A DNA stretch of 64,000 bases from Candidatus Eiseniibacteriota bacterium (GTDB taxonomy: Bacteria > Eisenbacteria > RBG-16-71-46 > SZUA-252): contig OY969801.1 of assembly GCA_963703225.1 (NCBI GenBank), positions 1,824,001-1,888,000 on the forward strand, given 5' to 3'. Made by a program: the position numbers and the translations under genes. Positions within the stretch are counted from its first letter, which is position 1; the number at the start of each line of letters is the position of its first letter. The notes beneath the pieces are model-generated. The model was not told the origin of the DNA. It did not search any database and saw nothing but the letters and a program-made list of their open reading frames with translations. Positions 38,143 to 49,191 of this stretch are shown here, piece after piece.

Positions 38143-39762
38143 CTACCGGATCACCGGGATGCGGTGGAAATTCTCCGCGGGCGGAGGCGATTCCACCGTC
38201 CACTCCAGCGTGCGGGTGACGTCCGTGTGGTCCCACGGATCCGCGGGCGCCCGGCGCCCTTTCCAGAGGCTCATGCCGATATTGATGAAGAAGATCAACA
38301 TGGCCACGCCCAGGACCCCCGCCCCCGCGCTGGCGATGTGGTTCAAGCCCGCGTACTGCGGCTGGTAGGTGTAGATGCGCCGCGGCATCCCGAGCATGCC
38401 CATCAGGTGCATCGGCATGAAGGTGAGGTTCATTCCGATGAAGACCAGCCAGAAGTGAACCTTGCCCCAGAACTCGTTGTAGAGCCGGCCCGAGAACTTT
38501 GGAAACCAGTAATAGAAGCCGGCGAAAATCGACATCAGCGATCCGCCGAACAGGACGTAGTGAAGGTGGGCCACGACGAAGTAGGTGTCGTGGACCTGCA
38601 CATCGAACGGCACCAACGCCAGCCAGATCCCGGTGATCCCGCCGATCGTGAAGAGGGCGATGAATCCCAGCGCGTAGAGCATCGGCGTCCGAAACCGGAT
38701 CGAGCCGCCCCAGATCGTGGCGAGCCAGGACCAGATCTTGATGCCGGTGGGGACCGCGATGACCATCGACGCGAAGCTGAAGAAGCGCCGGAGGCCCGGA
38801 TCCATGCCGGTCGCGAACATGTGGTGGCCCCAGACGATGAATCCGATAAACCCGATCCCCGCGGTCGCGAACACGAGGCCTTTGTAGCCGAAGAGGTGCT
38901 TGCCCGAGAAGGCGGGGAGCACCTGGGAGACCATCCCCATCCCGGGGAGCACCATGATGTAGACGGCGGGGTGCGAGTAGAACCAGAAGAGGTGCTGCCA
39001 GAGGATTGGATCGCCGCCCGCCGCCGGATGGAAGAAGGCGGTCCCGAACATCCGGTCGGTCAGGAGCATCGTGAGCGCGCCCGCCAAAACCGGGGTCGCG
39101 ACGAGGATGATGGTCTGGGTGATGAGGACCGTCCAGCAGAACATCGGGATCTTGAACATGGTCATGCCCGGCGCGCGCAGGTTCAGGATCGTCACGACGA
39201 AGTTGATCCCGCCGAGGATGGAGGACATGCCCGCCAGGTGAAGCCCCAGGATCCAGAGATCCACGCCGGGGCCGGGCGAGTACTGCCGGTCGGTCAGCGG
39301 CGGATAGCTGGTCCATCCGGCCGCGGCCGAGCCCCCCTGGAGCCACATGCTCGCGAGCATGAGGCACCCCGCGGGCACCAGGAGCCAAAAGCTGAACGCG
39401 TTGACCCGAGGGAAGGCCATGTCCCGGGCGCCGATCTGGATCGGCACCACGTAGTTGCTGAGGCCCGCCATCACCGGGATCGTCCAGAAGAAGATCATGA
39501 AGGTGCCGTGGAGGGACATGAGCTGGTTGTAGAGCTCGGGGCGCAGCACGTGGAGCCCGGGCGCGGAGAGCTGGGCCCGCATGGCCATCGCGAAGACTCC
39601 TCCGATCGCGAAGAACGTCATGGAGAGCCAGAGGTACATCACGCCGATCAGCTTATGATCGGTCGTGAGGAGCCACTTGAGGATCCCCTTCCGCTCCTTG
39701 GGGTGCGCCGTCATGGCGGCTGGCGCGACGCGCGCGCCACCCGCCAAGGATCCCGCTTCCAT
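38143..39762 (-). CDS. ctaD: Cytochrome c oxidase subunit I, A2 type
   Basis: 'TDHKLIG', 'FWFYSHPAVY' (YS motif marks A2), 'WGHHMF', 'VVAHLHY', 'GMPRR'. Confidence 0.97.
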   Translation of the reverse strand: MEAGSLAGGARVAPAAMTAHPKERKGILKWLLTTDHKLIGVMYLWLSMTFFAIGGVFAMAMRAQLSAPGLHVLRPELYNQLMSLHGTFMIFFWTIPVMAGLSNYVVPIQIGARDMAFPRVNAFSFWLLVPAGCLMLASMWLQGGSAAAGWTSYPPLTDRQYSPGPGVDLWILGLHLAGMSSILGGINFVVTILNLRAPGMTMFKIPMFCWTVLITQTIILVATPVLAGALTMLLTDRMFGTAFFHPAAGGDPILWQHLFWFYSHPAVYIMVLPGMGMVSQVLPAFSGKHLFGYKGLVFATAGIGFIGFIVWGHHMFATGMDPGLRRFFSFASMVIAVPTGIKIWSWLATIWGGSIRFRTPMLYALGFIALFTIGGITGIWLALVPFDVQVHDTYFVVAHLHYVLFGGSLMSIFAGFYYWFPKFSGRLYNEFWGKVHFWLVFIGMNLTFMPMHLMGMLGMPRRIYTYQPQYAGLNHIASAGAGVLGVAMLIFFINIGMSLWKGRRAPADPWDHTDVTRTLEWTVESPPPAENFHRIPVIR

Positions 39763-39766
39763 CGCT

Positions 39767-40478
39767 CTAGGCTCCCTTCTTCTTCATGGCGAGCCAGGCC
39801 TCGAACTCCTCGGGGGTGACCGCCTTCACGGTGATCAACATCTCTCCGTGAAGCACCCCGCAGAGCTCCGCGCACTGGCCCTTGTAGACGCCGGGTTTCT
39901 CGATCTGGAACCAGGTGTGGTTCACGCGACCGGGATTGGCGTCCATCTTGACGCCGAAATCGGGGACGAACCAGCTGTGGATGACGTCGATCGAGGTGAT
40001 GTTGGCCGCCACGATCTTGCCGTAGGGCACCACCAGCGGCTCGTTGGCGAAGACCACTCCCTGTGCCGGGGTAGCGGTACTCCCAGAACCACTGGTGCCC
40101 GATGATCTCGATCGTGAGATCCGACTTCGGGACCGTCTCGAGATGCTTCAGCGTCATGAAGGACGGTCCCGAGAGTATGACCATCGCGATGGCGGGGATC
40201 GCGGTCCAGACGATCTCCAGCTTCACGTTCTCGTGAAACGTGGCCGCCGGAACACCCGGCCGGGCGCGGAACCGGATCACCGCGACGAGAAGGATCAGCT
40301 CGGCAAGCAGGAAGAAGAACATCGTCACGCCGACGGCTTTCCAGAAGAGCTCCCGGACCTCGTGGGCAACCGGTGTCACGGGATGGAGGAGCCAGGCGTA
40401 CGCGGTGCCGGCGGTGGCGAGCGCCGTCAGCAAGCACGCAAGCGATAGGAAAAGGATCCTGTAAGTCCGTCGATTCAT
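39767..40478 (-). CDS. ctaC: Cytochrome c oxidase subunit II (apparent frameshift near 40060)
   Basis: 'LEIVWTAIP', 'QWFWEYRY', 'DVIHSW', CuA motif 'CAELCGVLHGEM'; no fused cytochrome c domain. Confidence 0.93.
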
Positions 40479-40479
40479 T

Positions 40480-41496
40480 TCAGCTCCTGGACCGTCCCGC
40501 GGACTCCTGCTTCGCCCGCAGGGCCTGTGTATAGAGGTAGAGATCCCGGAGCTGGGTCCGCGACAGGTCGCCGTTCCCCGGCATGGCGTATCCCGGCAAC
40601 CCCATGAGGATCACCTTCTCGAAACTCTCATAGTGTGTGGCCCAGTCGCCCTTCGGCGCGCCGAGGCTCCGCGTGACGACGTAGGCGTAGGGCGCCGATC
40701 CCAACATGCGCACCCGGGCGCCGCCCTGCCCCGCCGGCCCGTGGCAACGGGCACAGCGCTCGGCGTAGAGATCCGAGCCCGGCTGGGACGCGTCGGGCGC
40801 CGCCGCCACGCCGACGGGAGGCTCCGATTCAGCGAGGGCCGCCATCGCGCGATCGACCGGAATGACTGGCCCCGGTGGCTCTGGCGCTCCCCCCGCGGGA
40901 GCTCCGCCCGACGGGGCGCCCGTTCCGCCGCTGGGAGCCGAGCCGGGAGGCTGCAGCCAGGCGAGATCCTCTGGTTTGTCCTCCGCCAGCTTGGGACCGA
41001 GCGAGCGCACGTAGTGGGCCAGCGCGATCCGCTCTTCCAACGGGATCGCGATGAACGACGCCATCCCCGTGCCCGGAGATCCCTCCGTGATGGTCCGCGT
41101 GACACGGGCCACCCCGCCGCCGTACCGCCAGTACCCCGAGGTGAAATCGCGCGGCTTGGGGTTGAGCGCCGCCGACGCGGAGCCATCCCCCTTGCCGGCG
41201 GTTCCGTGGCACGACGCGCAGTTGATCAGGAACGCGCTCTTTCCCTTCGCGAGCAGATCGGGATTCGCTACCAGAAGCTGGGATACGTCCGGGTGCGCGG
41301 CCGCCGCGCCCTCGACCGCCGCCCCGCCATGCCCCCCTTGGGCGGAGTGCATGCCCGCGACGTAGGCGAGCGTCGCCACCACCGCCAGGATCAGGGCGGT
41401 GACGAGGAACTGGGCGGTGGAGAGGACCGAGGCAAGCCGGTCGTCCGCTCCCTGGCCCGGCTCGGGGGACGTGTGGATGCCGGGATCGTGGCTCAT
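40480..41496 (-). CDS. Membrane-anchored diheme c-type cytochrome
   Basis: One TM; CASCH and CARCH domains separated by a Pro/Gly linker; ATGA overlap with actF. Confidence 0.85.
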   Translation of the reverse strand: MSHDPGIHTSPEPGQGADDRLASVLSTAQFLVTALILAVVATLAYVAGMHSAQGGHGGAAVEGAAAAHPDVSQLLVANPDLLAKGKSAFLINCASCHGTAGKGDGSASAALNPKPRDFTSGYWRYGGGVARVTRTITEGSPGTGMASFIAIPLEERIALAHYVRSLGPKLAEDKPEDLAWLQPPGSAPSGGTGAPSGGAPAGGAPEPPGPVIPVDRAMAALAESEPPVGVAAAPDASQPGSDLYAERCARCHGPAGQGGARVRMLGSAPYAYVVTRSLGAPKGDWATHYESFEKVILMGLPGYAMPGNGDLSRTQLRDLYLYTQALRAKQESAGRSRS

Positions 41497-42716
41497 CCGT
41501 GGAACCTCACGCTCGACTCGAATAGAGGATCGCTGTGCGCCGCGACGGGGTGGCGCGAGAAGAAGCGGAGGAGGCACAGGCCGAAGAGCCCGAGGAAGCC
41601 GAGGGTGGTTCCGATTTCGGTCCAGCCTAAAACCACGGACTGGGGCGAGAACGCCGGCAGGACCAACCAGTAGAGATCGACCCATTGCCCGAGCAGGATG
41701 CAGCCGCCGACCGCGAGGAGGACGATCTCGTTCTCCTTCATCTTCTGGTGCATGAGCGTAAAGAACGGGATCACGAACTTGAGCATCCCCAGCGCGATGC
41801 CGACGCCTCCCCATCCGGTAAACGTTCGGTGGATCATATACTCGATCTCTTCGGGCAGGTTCGCGTACCAGATCAGCATGAATTGGGAGAAGGCGATGTA
41901 CATCCAGAACACCGAGAAAGCGAACATGAGCTTGCCGAGGTCCCAGTAGTGGAATCGGCTGACGACCCCCGATAGGGCCCCCTGACGACGCAGGAGTACC
42001 ACCACGATGGCGATGGCGGCCAGCCCGCTCTGCCAGATGCCCGCAAAACAGTAGACCCCGAAGATCGTGCTGTACCAGGTGGGCTCGAGCGACATGAGCA
42101 GGTCAAATCCGAGCAGGGTCACCGTGAGCGCGAAAATCAGGATGAAGGCGGCCGACGCCTTGGTGCTCGACTTGACGAGCTTGGGATCCCCCGAGGCGTC
42201 CTGCCGGATGGAGTTCCGGATGAAGTACCACGAGAACAGGCACCAGACCGCGAGGATTACCCCGGTCCGGAGCGTGAAGAGCGGCGTCGATAGGTAGCCG
42301 CCCTTGGAGAGGTCCGCCGCGTGCGCCCCTTCCGTGATGCTCGGCGCCGACCAGACGTAGAGGTGCGGAATCCCGAGGAGGACCACGAGCAGGAGGAGGA
42401 GCGCGAGCGGCAGGAAGGAGCTGAACGCCTCCGCCACGCGCCGGACGACGACGCTCCACGTGGCGCCCACCAGGTAGTGGAGCGCCGTGAAAAAGGTGCC
42501 GGCCACTCCCAGACCCATGAAGTACCAGAATCCGATCAGGAACGCCGCGTAGGCGCGGGTCGGGTCGGAGCGGACTTCGATCAGGAAGGTGGCGACCCCG
42601 AGCGCGGCCAAAATGCCGAACATCGCGCGCACTCCCAGCGGCGATTGAATCGGCCCCACGCGGGACTTGAGCGCCTGGATTCCGGCGCCCGGAGATGCGG
42701 CGTGCGCGGTGCTCAT
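41493..42716 (-). CDS. actF: Alternative complex III subunit F
   Basis: Multi-TM; 'MSLEPTWYSTIFG', 'FSQFMLIWYANLPEE'. Confidence 0.92.
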   Translation of the reverse strand: MSTAHAASPGAGIQALKSRVGPIQSPLGVRAMFGILAALGVATFLIEVRSDPTRAYAAFLIGFWYFMGLGVAGTFFTALHYLVGATWSVVVRRVAEAFSSFLPLALLLLLVVLLGIPHLYVWSAPSITEGAHAADLSKGGYLSTPLFTLRTGVILAVWCLFSWYFIRNSIRQDASGDPKLVKSSTKASAAFILIFALTVTLLGFDLLMSLEPTWYSTIFGVYCFAGIWQSGLAAIAIVVVLLRRQGALSGVVSRFHYWDLGKLMFAFSVFWMYIAFSQFMLIWYANLPEEIEYMIHRTFTGWGGVGIALGMLKFVIPFFTLMHQKMKENEIVLLAVGGCILLGQWVDLYWLVLPAFSPQSVVLGWTEIGTTLGFLGLFGLCLLRFFSRHPVAAHSDPLFESSVRFHG

Positions 42717-43333
42717 GGCTTGGTTCCCTCCGCGGCCCCGCTCGCCGGCAAGTCGGCAGGCAGCGGATGGTGCGAGCGCTGGAGCGCACGGACGAAGTGG
42801 ATCACCGCCCACCTGTCTTCCGGAAGAATCTGTGACGCATAGGAGGGCATCAGATTTTGCCCGCGGGTGATCACGTGAAAGATCCGGCCATCGGGCCACT
42901 GCCGGACCTTGTCCGAGTGGAGCGTGGGGGGCGTCGGAAACGGCGGCACGATGTAGCCCTTGCCGTCTCCCTCGGGCCCGTGGCAGACCACGCAGTTATT
43001 CATGTAGACCGCGCGGCCCCGCGCGAGAGTCTCCGGAGTGCGAGGCAGCGGGTTCTCGAGCTCCTGCTGTGCCTGGAGGCTGTCGCCCACGGCGTAACGG
43101 TAGGGCGTGTAGCCGGCCGGCACCGTTCCCTCCACCGGATTCCGCATGACCGGTTGGCCGGGGCGTAGCGGATCTTCGTGCTGCGCGGCCACGCGGGGAC
43201 CGTAAGCCATGTCCGGCATGTACTCCAGGGCGGTCTCCTGCTTCTGCCTCGCGCAGCCCAGCGCGAGGGCCGCGGCCAGCGCGGTGCTTGCCACACCCAC
43301 TACGGCGCGTGGCATCGCCGCGAGCCTAGACAT
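42713..43333 (-). CDS. actE: Alternative complex III subunit E (monoheme c lipoprotein)
   Basis: Lipobox 'ALGC'; 'YMPDM'; CVVCH; 'MPSYASQI..EDRWAV'. Confidence 0.92.
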   Translation of the reverse strand: MSRLAAMPRAVVGVASTALAAALALGCARQKQETALEYMPDMAYGPRVAAQHEDPLRPGQPVMRNPVEGTVPAGYTPYRYAVGDSLQAQQELENPLPRTPETLARGRAVYMNNCVVCHGPEGDGKGYIVPPFPTPPTLHSDKVRQWPDGRIFHVITRGQNLMPSYASQILPEDRWAVIHFVRALQRSHHPLPADLPASGAAEGTKP

Positions 43334-43868
43334 GGATCACCCGGATATCGACCGCGCCGGTGGTCTTCAAGAACTGCAAGATGCGCCCTTCGTTCCAATC
43401 GGGGCCGATCTCCGGAATCCAGAGGCCGAAGCGATCGTTGGTCAGATCGCGGTCGAGGATCGGCTTCTTGTAGTTCGGGAGGCCGCAAGCGACGAGGAGC
43501 GCGGCGAGCGTCATCGTCCCGCCGAGGAGCACCCCGCACTCGAATGTGATCGGGATGAAGGCGGGCAGCGAAATCATCGGCTTCCCGCCCACGAGGATCG
43601 GCCAGTCGTAGGCCGAGGCCCAAATCATGAACGTGAGCCCCAGGGTCGCGCCGCTCAACCCCATCACGAGCGTCACCCATGGCACCCAGGACTTCTTGAT
43701 GCCAAGCGCCTCGCTCATGCCGTGCACCGCGTACGGGGTGAACGCGTCCATCTCGGCAAAGCCGTGCTCCCTGGCGCGGTTTGCGGCGTGGAGCAACGAA
43801 TCGGGGTCCGCGTAGAGGGCCAGGACGCCGCGGGGCGGCTCCGGTTTCCTGGCGAACGGGTTACGCAT
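43326..43868 (-). CDS. actD: Alternative complex III subunit D (DUF3341)
   Basis: '[10 protein letters not shown]', 'WPILVGGKP', 'FIPITFE'. Confidence 0.92.
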   Translation of the reverse strand: MRNPFARKPEPPRGVLALYADPDSLLHAANRAREHGFAEMDAFTPYAVHGMSEALGIKKSWVPWVTLVMGLSGATLGLTFMIWASAYDWPILVGGKPMISLPAFIPITFECGVLLGGTMTLAALLVACGLPNYKKPILDRDLTNDRFGLWIPEIGPDWNEGRILQFLKTTGAVDIRVIHV

Positions 43869-45264
43869 GGATGGTCTCCTCCGAGCGGGCCGGCGCTGGA
43901 TCGGCCGAGCGCTTCGATGCCCAGAGCACGCCCTTCACCTCGGCGATCGAGATCGCCGGGAAGAAGCGGCAGAAGAGGAGGAACCACATGAAGAAGAATC
44001 CAAAGGAGCCGACGATGACCGAGTAGTCGAAGATGGTTGGCTTGTAGTAGGACCACGCCGTGGGGATGAAGTCCCGGTGGAGCGAGGTCACGATGATCGT
44101 GAAGCGCTCGAACCACATGCCGACGTTGACCAGAATGGACGCGGCGAACATGATCGGAATGCTCCGGCGGAATCGCCGGAACCAGAAGAGCTGAGGCACG
44201 ATCACGTTGCAGCTGACCATGATCCAATAGGACCAAGCAAAGGGCCCGGTCGCGCGGTTCAAGAAGGTGAACTTCTCGAACGGGCTTCCGCTGTAGAGCG
44301 CGACGAAGAACTCCGTGGCGTACGCGTACCCCACCATCATCCCCGTGACCAGGATGATCTTGTTCATGTTCTCCAAATGATGGAGCGTGACGTACTCCTC
44401 CATATGGAAGACCTTGCGCAGAATCACGAGCAGCGTCACCACCATCGCGAAGCCGGAGAAGATCGCGCCCGCGACGAAGTAGGGCGGGAAGATCGTCGTG
44501 TGCCAGCCCGGCAGGATCGAGGTGGCGAAATCGAAGGAGACGATGCTGTGCACCGAGAGAACGAGCGGCGTGGAGAGGCCGGCCAGCATCATGTACGCCC
44601 GTTCGTAGTGCTGCCAATGGCGTTCGGAGCCGCGCCATCCCAGCGAGAGAATGCCGTAGATCGCGCGCCGCCACCCGGTGGAGCGGTCGCGAAGCGTGGC
44701 GAAATCCGGGATGAGCCCCGTGTACCAGAAGACGACCGATATCGTCAGGTAGGTCGAAACCGCGAAGACATCCCAGACCAATGGCGAGCGGAAGTTCACC
44801 CAGAGGTGGCGCCAGTTCGGGTAGGGGATCAGCCAGTAGCCAAACCACGTCCGCCCCATATGGATCAGCGGGAAGAGGCCAGCGGTCATGACCGCGAAGA
44901 TCGTCATCGCCTCGGCCGAGCGGTTGATCGCCGTGCGCCAGCGCTGGCGGAAGAGGTGGAGGATCGCCGAGATCAGGGTGCCCGCGTGCCCGATGCCGAT
45001 CCAGAAGACGAAGCTCGTGATGTCGACCGCCCACCCCACCGGGTGGTTGAGCCCCCAGATCCCGATCCCCTTGTACATCTGGTAGGAGATTTCGGCGGCG
45101 AACTGGAGCGTCAGGAGGAGCGAGATGCCGAAGAATATCTTCCAGAGCCACCCCGGCTTCCGCTCGATCGGCGCCGCGACCTCCGCGGAGATGTCCGAGA
45201 ATTCCTTCTTCGGGTCGATGAGGCGCGCCTCGTTGAGAACCATGGGCGCGGCGTGATCGCTCAC
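43861..45264 (-). CDS. actC: Alternative complex III subunit C (NrfD-like)
   Basis: '[18 protein letters not shown]', 'NFRSPLVWD', '[11 protein letters not shown]', 'GMWFERF'. Confidence 0.96.
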   Translation of the reverse strand: MSDHAAPMVLNEARLIDPKKEFSDISAEVAAPIERKPGWLWKIFFGISLLLTLQFAAEISYQMYKGIGIWGLNHPVGWAVDITSFVFWIGIGHAGTLISAILHLFRQRWRTAINRSAEAMTIFAVMTAGLFPLIHMGRTWFGYWLIPYPNWRHLWVNFRSPLVWDVFAVSTYLTISVVFWYTGLIPDFATLRDRSTGWRRAIYGILSLGWRGSERHWQHYERAYMMLAGLSTPLVLSVHSIVSFDFATSILPGWHTTIFPPYFVAGAIFSGFAMVVTLLVILRKVFHMEEYVTLHHLENMNKIILVTGMMVGYAYATEFFVALYSGSPFEKFTFLNRATGPFAWSYWIMVSCNVIVPQLFWFRRFRRSIPIMFAASILVNVGMWFERFTIIVTSLHRDFIPTAWSYYKPTIFDYSVIVGSFGFFFMWFLLFCRFFPAISIAEVKGVLWASKRSADPAPARSEETIHA

Positions 45265-48200
45265 GCGGAGGCCTCCTCACGGTTTCGCACCTTGGTCTGG
45301 TACGTGATGGCGGACCGCGTGTTCAGGTCCGACAGCACGTGGTATCCGCGCTCGGACTTCGCGAGCTGCGCCACCCGGCTTGAGGGGTCGTTCACGTCGC
45401 CGAAGACAATCGCTTGGGTCGGGCACGTCTGCATGCACGCGGTCTCGATGTCTCCATCCGCCACCGGCACGCCGAGCGCCTTGGCTCGCTCCTTCCCGTC
45501 CCGGATCCGCTGCACGCAGAAGGTGCACTTCTCCATGACCCCCTTGCTCCGCACGGTGACGTCCGGATTGAGGACCAATTGGAGCGACTTGTCCTTGATG
45601 TGGCTGTAGTCGAACCAGTTGAAGCGGCGCACCTTGTAGGGGCAGTTGTTGGAGCAATAGCGGGTCCCGACGCAGCGGTTGTAGATCTGGATGTTGAGCC
45701 CTTCGCTGGAATGGACCGTCGCGAGCACGGGGCAGACGGTCTCGCACGGCGCGTTGTCGCAGTGCTGGCAGAGCATCGGCTGATGGACCGATTCGGGATT
45801 CTCAGCATCGCCCGAGTAGTAGCGATCGAGCCGGATCCAATCCATCTCGCGGCCCCGTAGCACGCCCGACTTGCCGACCACCGGAACGTTGTTCTCGGCA
45901 CGGCACGCGACCATGCACGCTTCGCAGCCGATGCAGGCCGAGAGATCGACCGCCATCCCCCACTTGTGCCCCGTGTACTTGTGTTCCGTCCACATGGACG
46001 GGAGGTGTTCCGGCTCCTCGTTTCCAGAGCGCGGATCGCGGAGGAACTCCGGGAAGGTGGTCTCGTAGATGATCGGGCGGTGCTCGGTATATTGGTGCCC
46101 CTGGACCATCGCGAGGGGCGCGACGCGGCCCGTCTTCACGATTCGAACCGGGACCCCGCTCATCGCGATCGCCCCGCCGGTTACCTCCGCGAGGGCGAAG
46201 CCGTTCTGCCCGATCTTGTTCCCCACTCGGCCTGCCGCGGTCCGCCCGTAGCCCAGGGCCACCGCCACCACGTCGGGATGGAGCCCCGGCTGCACGTGCA
46301 CCGGCAGATCGAACTTGGCGTGGCCCACGTCGACCGTGACGACGTCCGCCTTCATCTCGTAGTCCGTGACCCCAAGTGCCTTGGCCCGCGAGGGCGCGAC
46401 GGAGACGTAATTGTCCCAGGTAACCTTGGAGACCGGATCCGGGAGCTCCTGGAGCCACGCGTTGTTGGCGCTTCGCCCGTCGTACATCGTGACGGGCGCG
46501 TAGAGAACCAGCTGGAGCGTGCCGTCGCCACCCGGCTTCCAGCCGGGGAGCGACGAGACCGATTGGGAGAGGAAGGGCCGGACCGGACCGCTCGAATTAT
46601 CTCCGGCCGTCGCGATCACTCCCTGCCGGAGCGCCCCCTCCCAGAAAATCTCGAAAGGGGCCGGGGCATCGGCCCGCGGATAGACGTTCGAGCGCCAGCT
46701 ATCCTTCAAGTACTGGTGCCAGGTCCCGGACGTGCCGGCGAGCGGGCCCTTCCCCAAGGCTCTCCCCCAGGCGAGCAGCGACTCTTGGAGTTGTCGCACG
46801 TCGTAGAGCGGCGCGATGGTCGGCTGGGTGAGCGACGTAACGCCCGGGCGCGGCTCGTGGTCGTTCCACGATTCCAACCCGTGGGTGTCGGGCGCGATCA
46901 GATCGGCGCCCATGGCGGTCTCGTCCGCGCGATCGGCGAAGCTCACGACGAACGGGACCCGCTTCGCCGCGTCGGCGAAACCGACAGCGGCCGGGAGCGT
47001 GTGCGCCGGGTTGACCCCATGGATCAGGAGCGCGGCAACCTCTCCCGCCCGCATCCGCTCCACGAGTCGAAGCACCGCCTCCTCGGAGCCCGCGGCCTGC
47101 CGCGACGGCTGCGCGCTGTCGACGGTGACTCCTTCGTTCCCCAGGGCGCTGTTCAACAGATTGACCGCTACCTGGAGCGGGACGGCATGCTCGGCCGGGG
47201 CCGCCTGCGGCCCACCCAAAACCAAACTCCTCCCCCGCGCCTGCCAGAGGTCCTCCGCGACGCGGGCGAGCGAGCCGGCCGAGAGACCGGCGGTCCGCTC
47301 CACCGACTCGGCGGCAAACGAGCGCACGGCGTCAACGATCGCGCTGTTCCCCGCAAGCGGCGACCGAGGCTCGCGCACCAGGATTTCGTGCGCCAGCGCC
47401 ATGGCCACCGGATAGAGATGGTCGGGGCGGACACGAAGCCGCGTGTCGGCGTTGGCGCCGGTCAACGTCAAGATTGGCTCGATGGCGATGACGCGAGACA
47501 TGGAGCCCGCTTCCGGGCGGCGGCGTCCTGAGAAGTCGCGCGCGAATTCCACGGGTGAAAGGAACGTGCCGAGCGGGTCGGCTCCGAGAGTGACGAGCAC
47601 GTCGGCCCGGTCGATGCGATAGCGGGGGACGATCCGGCCGCCGTAGCACTGCTCCTGCGCGCGGGCGAGCGCGTCGACCGAGATCGGGTCGTAGACGACG
47701 TGATCCCCGCCCGGGAACGCGGCGAGGAACGAATCGATCAAAGTCCGCGTCGTGGGGCTCGTGATCGTACCCGAGAGAAAGACGACACGGCCACCGCGCT
47801 CCTGGGCGGTCCGGAGCGCCTCCACCGTACGCCGGTCGATCTCGTTCCACGACACCGAACGCGTGAGGCCCTTCGCGCGATCGACAAGCGCAGGGCCGCG
47901 CATGCGGTCGGGGTCATACAGGTTGAGCACCGACGCCTGCCCGCGGGCGCAGAGGCCGCCGCGGCTCAAGGGGTGGGACTTGTTCCCCTCGATCTTGATC
48001 GGGCGCCCCTCCCGCGTCTTGACGAGGATGCCGCAGGCGGCGGGACACTCGCCGCACGTGGACGCGAAATAGATCGCGTTTCCAGGCGTGAGCTCTTCCG
48101 GTGCCTTGACGTAAGGGAGAATCTTCTCCACCGGCTTCCGGGCGCACCCCGCGGCCGCGAACGCGGCGCCCGCGCCGAGGAACTTCAAGAACTCCCGCCG

Positions 48201-48416
48201 CGACGGAAGCTCCGCCTCCTGTCCCGGCGGCGTCATGAACTCACGCCGGCTCAATTCCTCGACCTCGGCCGAGCCATGGAGCTGGGCGAGCGTCGACCAG
48301 TGCTTGGGCGGGACGGCCTCCCGAGGCGGACCTATCACGGACGATGCGCTCTCGGCCTCCCGAGACGGACCTATCACGGACGATGCGCTCTCATCGGGCT
48401 TGGGCGTGCTCGTCAC
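45261..48416 (-). CDS. actB: Alternative complex III subunit B (molybdopterin-fold + FeS domain)
   Basis: Tat motif 'SRREFLK'; '[10 protein letters not shown]'; '[16 protein letters not shown]'; four Cys clusters at the C-terminus; start GTG 48416 or ATG 48425. Confidence 0.95.
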   Translation of the reverse strand: MTSTPKPDESASSVIGPSREAESASSVIGPPREAVPPKHWSTLAQLHGSAEVEELSRREFMTPPGQEAELPSRREFLKFLGAGAAFAAAGCARKPVEKILPYVKAPEELTPGNAIYFASTCGECPAACGILVKTREGRPIKIEGNKSHPLSRGGLCARGQASVLNLYDPDRMRGPALVDRAKGLTRSVSWNEIDRRTVEALRTAQERGGRVVFLSGTITSPTTRTLIDSFLAAFPGGDHVVYDPISVDALARAQEQCYGGRIVPRYRIDRADVLVTLGADPLGTFLSPVEFARDFSGRRRPEAGSMSRVIAIEPILTLTGANADTRLRVRPDHLYPVAMALAHEILVREPRSPLAGNSAIVDAVRSFAAESVERTAGLSAGSLARVAEDLWQARGRSLVLGGPQAAPAEHAVPLQVAVNLLNSALGNEGVTVDSAQPSRQAAGSEEAVLRLVERMRAGEVAALLIHGVNPAHTLPAAVGFADAAKRVPFVVSFADRADETAMGADLIAPDTHGLESWNDHEPRPGVTSLTQPTIAPLYDVRQLQESLLAWGRALGKGPLAGTSGTWHQYLKDSWRSNVYPRADAPAPFEIFWEGALRQGVIATAGDNSSGPVRPFLSQSVSSLPGWKPGGDGTLQLVLYAPVTMYDGRSANNAWLQELPDPVSKVTWDNYVSVAPSRAKALGVTDYEMKADVVTVDVGHAKFDLPVHVQPGLHPDVVAVALGYGRTAAGRVGNKIGQNGFALAEVTGGAIAMSGVPVRIVKTGRVAPLAMVQGHQYTEHRPIIYETTFPEFLRDPRSGNEEPEHLPSMWTEHKYTGHKWGMAVDLSACIGCEACMVACRAENNVPVVGKSGVLRGREMDWIRLDRYYSGDAENPESVHQPMLCQHCDNAPCETVCPVLATVHSSEGLNIQIYNRCVGTRYCSNNCPYKVRRFNWFDYSHIKDKSLQLVLNPDVTVRSKGVMEKCTFCVQRIRDGKERAKALGVPVADGDIETACMQTCPTQAIVFGDVNDPSSRVAQLAKSERGYHVLSDLNTRSAITYQTKVRNREEASA
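48315..48392. repeat. 39-bp tandem duplication in the actB 5' region
   Basis: GGCCTCCCGAG(G/A)CGGACCTATCACGGACGATGCGCTCTC twice, one mismatch; encodes ESASSVIGP(S/P)REA twice. Confidence 0.95.
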
Positions 48417-48931
48417 ATGTGACATGTGTTGCACTCAACGGAGGCGCGATTCTGTCGGTGGCAATTGATGCACCACCCCATTTTCAAGGTCGCCACCTGC
48501 CGGACCACGTCCATCGTCTGAACCTGGCCGTGGCAGGTCTGGCAGGCGATCCCACGCGCGACGTGCCACCGGTGGCTGAAGTAGACGTAATCCGGGATCC
48601 GGTGCACCCGCACCCAGGGAATCGGCTGATTCGCCTGGTAGAGGCTGTTCACGAGCTGGATCGCGGGGCGATCGGTTCGAACGACGATATGGCAGTTCAT
48701 GCAGACGTTCGTGGCCGGAACGGTCGCGTGGCGCGAGCGCTCGGCGGGGGCGTGGCAGTAGAGGCAGGGAATCTTCCGCGTGCCCGCGTGGATCTTGTGG
48801 CTGAACGGAATGGGCTGCTTTGGCGCGTAGCCCACGTTGCTGAACGTGTCAAAAAAGGACCACGCTCCAAGGCCAAGGAGCACGCCGATGAGGAGGAGGG
48901 GAACGATTCCCTGTTTCGCGTTGAGGGACAC
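48413..48931 (-). CDS. actA: Alternative complex III subunit A (pentaheme c)
   Basis: TM followed by 'PKQPIPFSHKIHAG'; five CxxCH. Confidence 0.95.
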   Translation of the reverse strand: MSLNAKQGIVPLLLIGVLLGLGAWSFFDTFSNVGYAPKQPIPFSHKIHAGTRKIPCLYCHAPAERSRHATVPATNVCMNCHIVVRTDRPAIQLVNSLYQANQPIPWVRVHRIPDYVYFSHRWHVARGIACQTCHGQVQTMDVVRQVATLKMGWCINCHRQNRASVECNTCHM

Positions 48932-48996
48932 CGGTGCCGGTTACGCCTTCCCCTTGTCCGAGGTCGCTCCGCGAAATCGGCGGATGGAAAAAAACT

Positions 48997-49014
48997 TTGT
49001 GAATACTGTCACCA
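48997..49014. promoter_or_regulatory. Rex/CRP-like palindromic operator upstream of the act-cta operon
   Basis: TTGTGAATACTGTCACCA has 2 mismatches to TTGTGAA-N4-TTCACAA; it overlaps the predicted -10 of a minus-strand promoter whose -35 is TTGACG at 49031-49026. Confidence 0.55.
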
Positions 49015-49191
49015 AGTCGCGGGGTCGTCAAGCCCGATCCTCGCCGCGGATGGCTCGGAGCGTCTTCTCCCGCGAGCAGCCGCGCGCAGGATAGTCGAGC
49101 TTTAGACCAATGGCCATTTCTTTGCGCGGCGGCCGGTTGGGGTCCCCCGGTGCCGGTTGCCCGTCTCCCTCCCAATCCCTATACTCGCCCG

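Noticed and set aside
45261..48416. Catalytic molybdoenzyme (nitrate/DMSO/polysulfide reductase)
   Set aside because: The fused FeS domain and the actA/C/D/E/F context identify it as ActB, whose molybdopterin-fold domain is non-catalytic.
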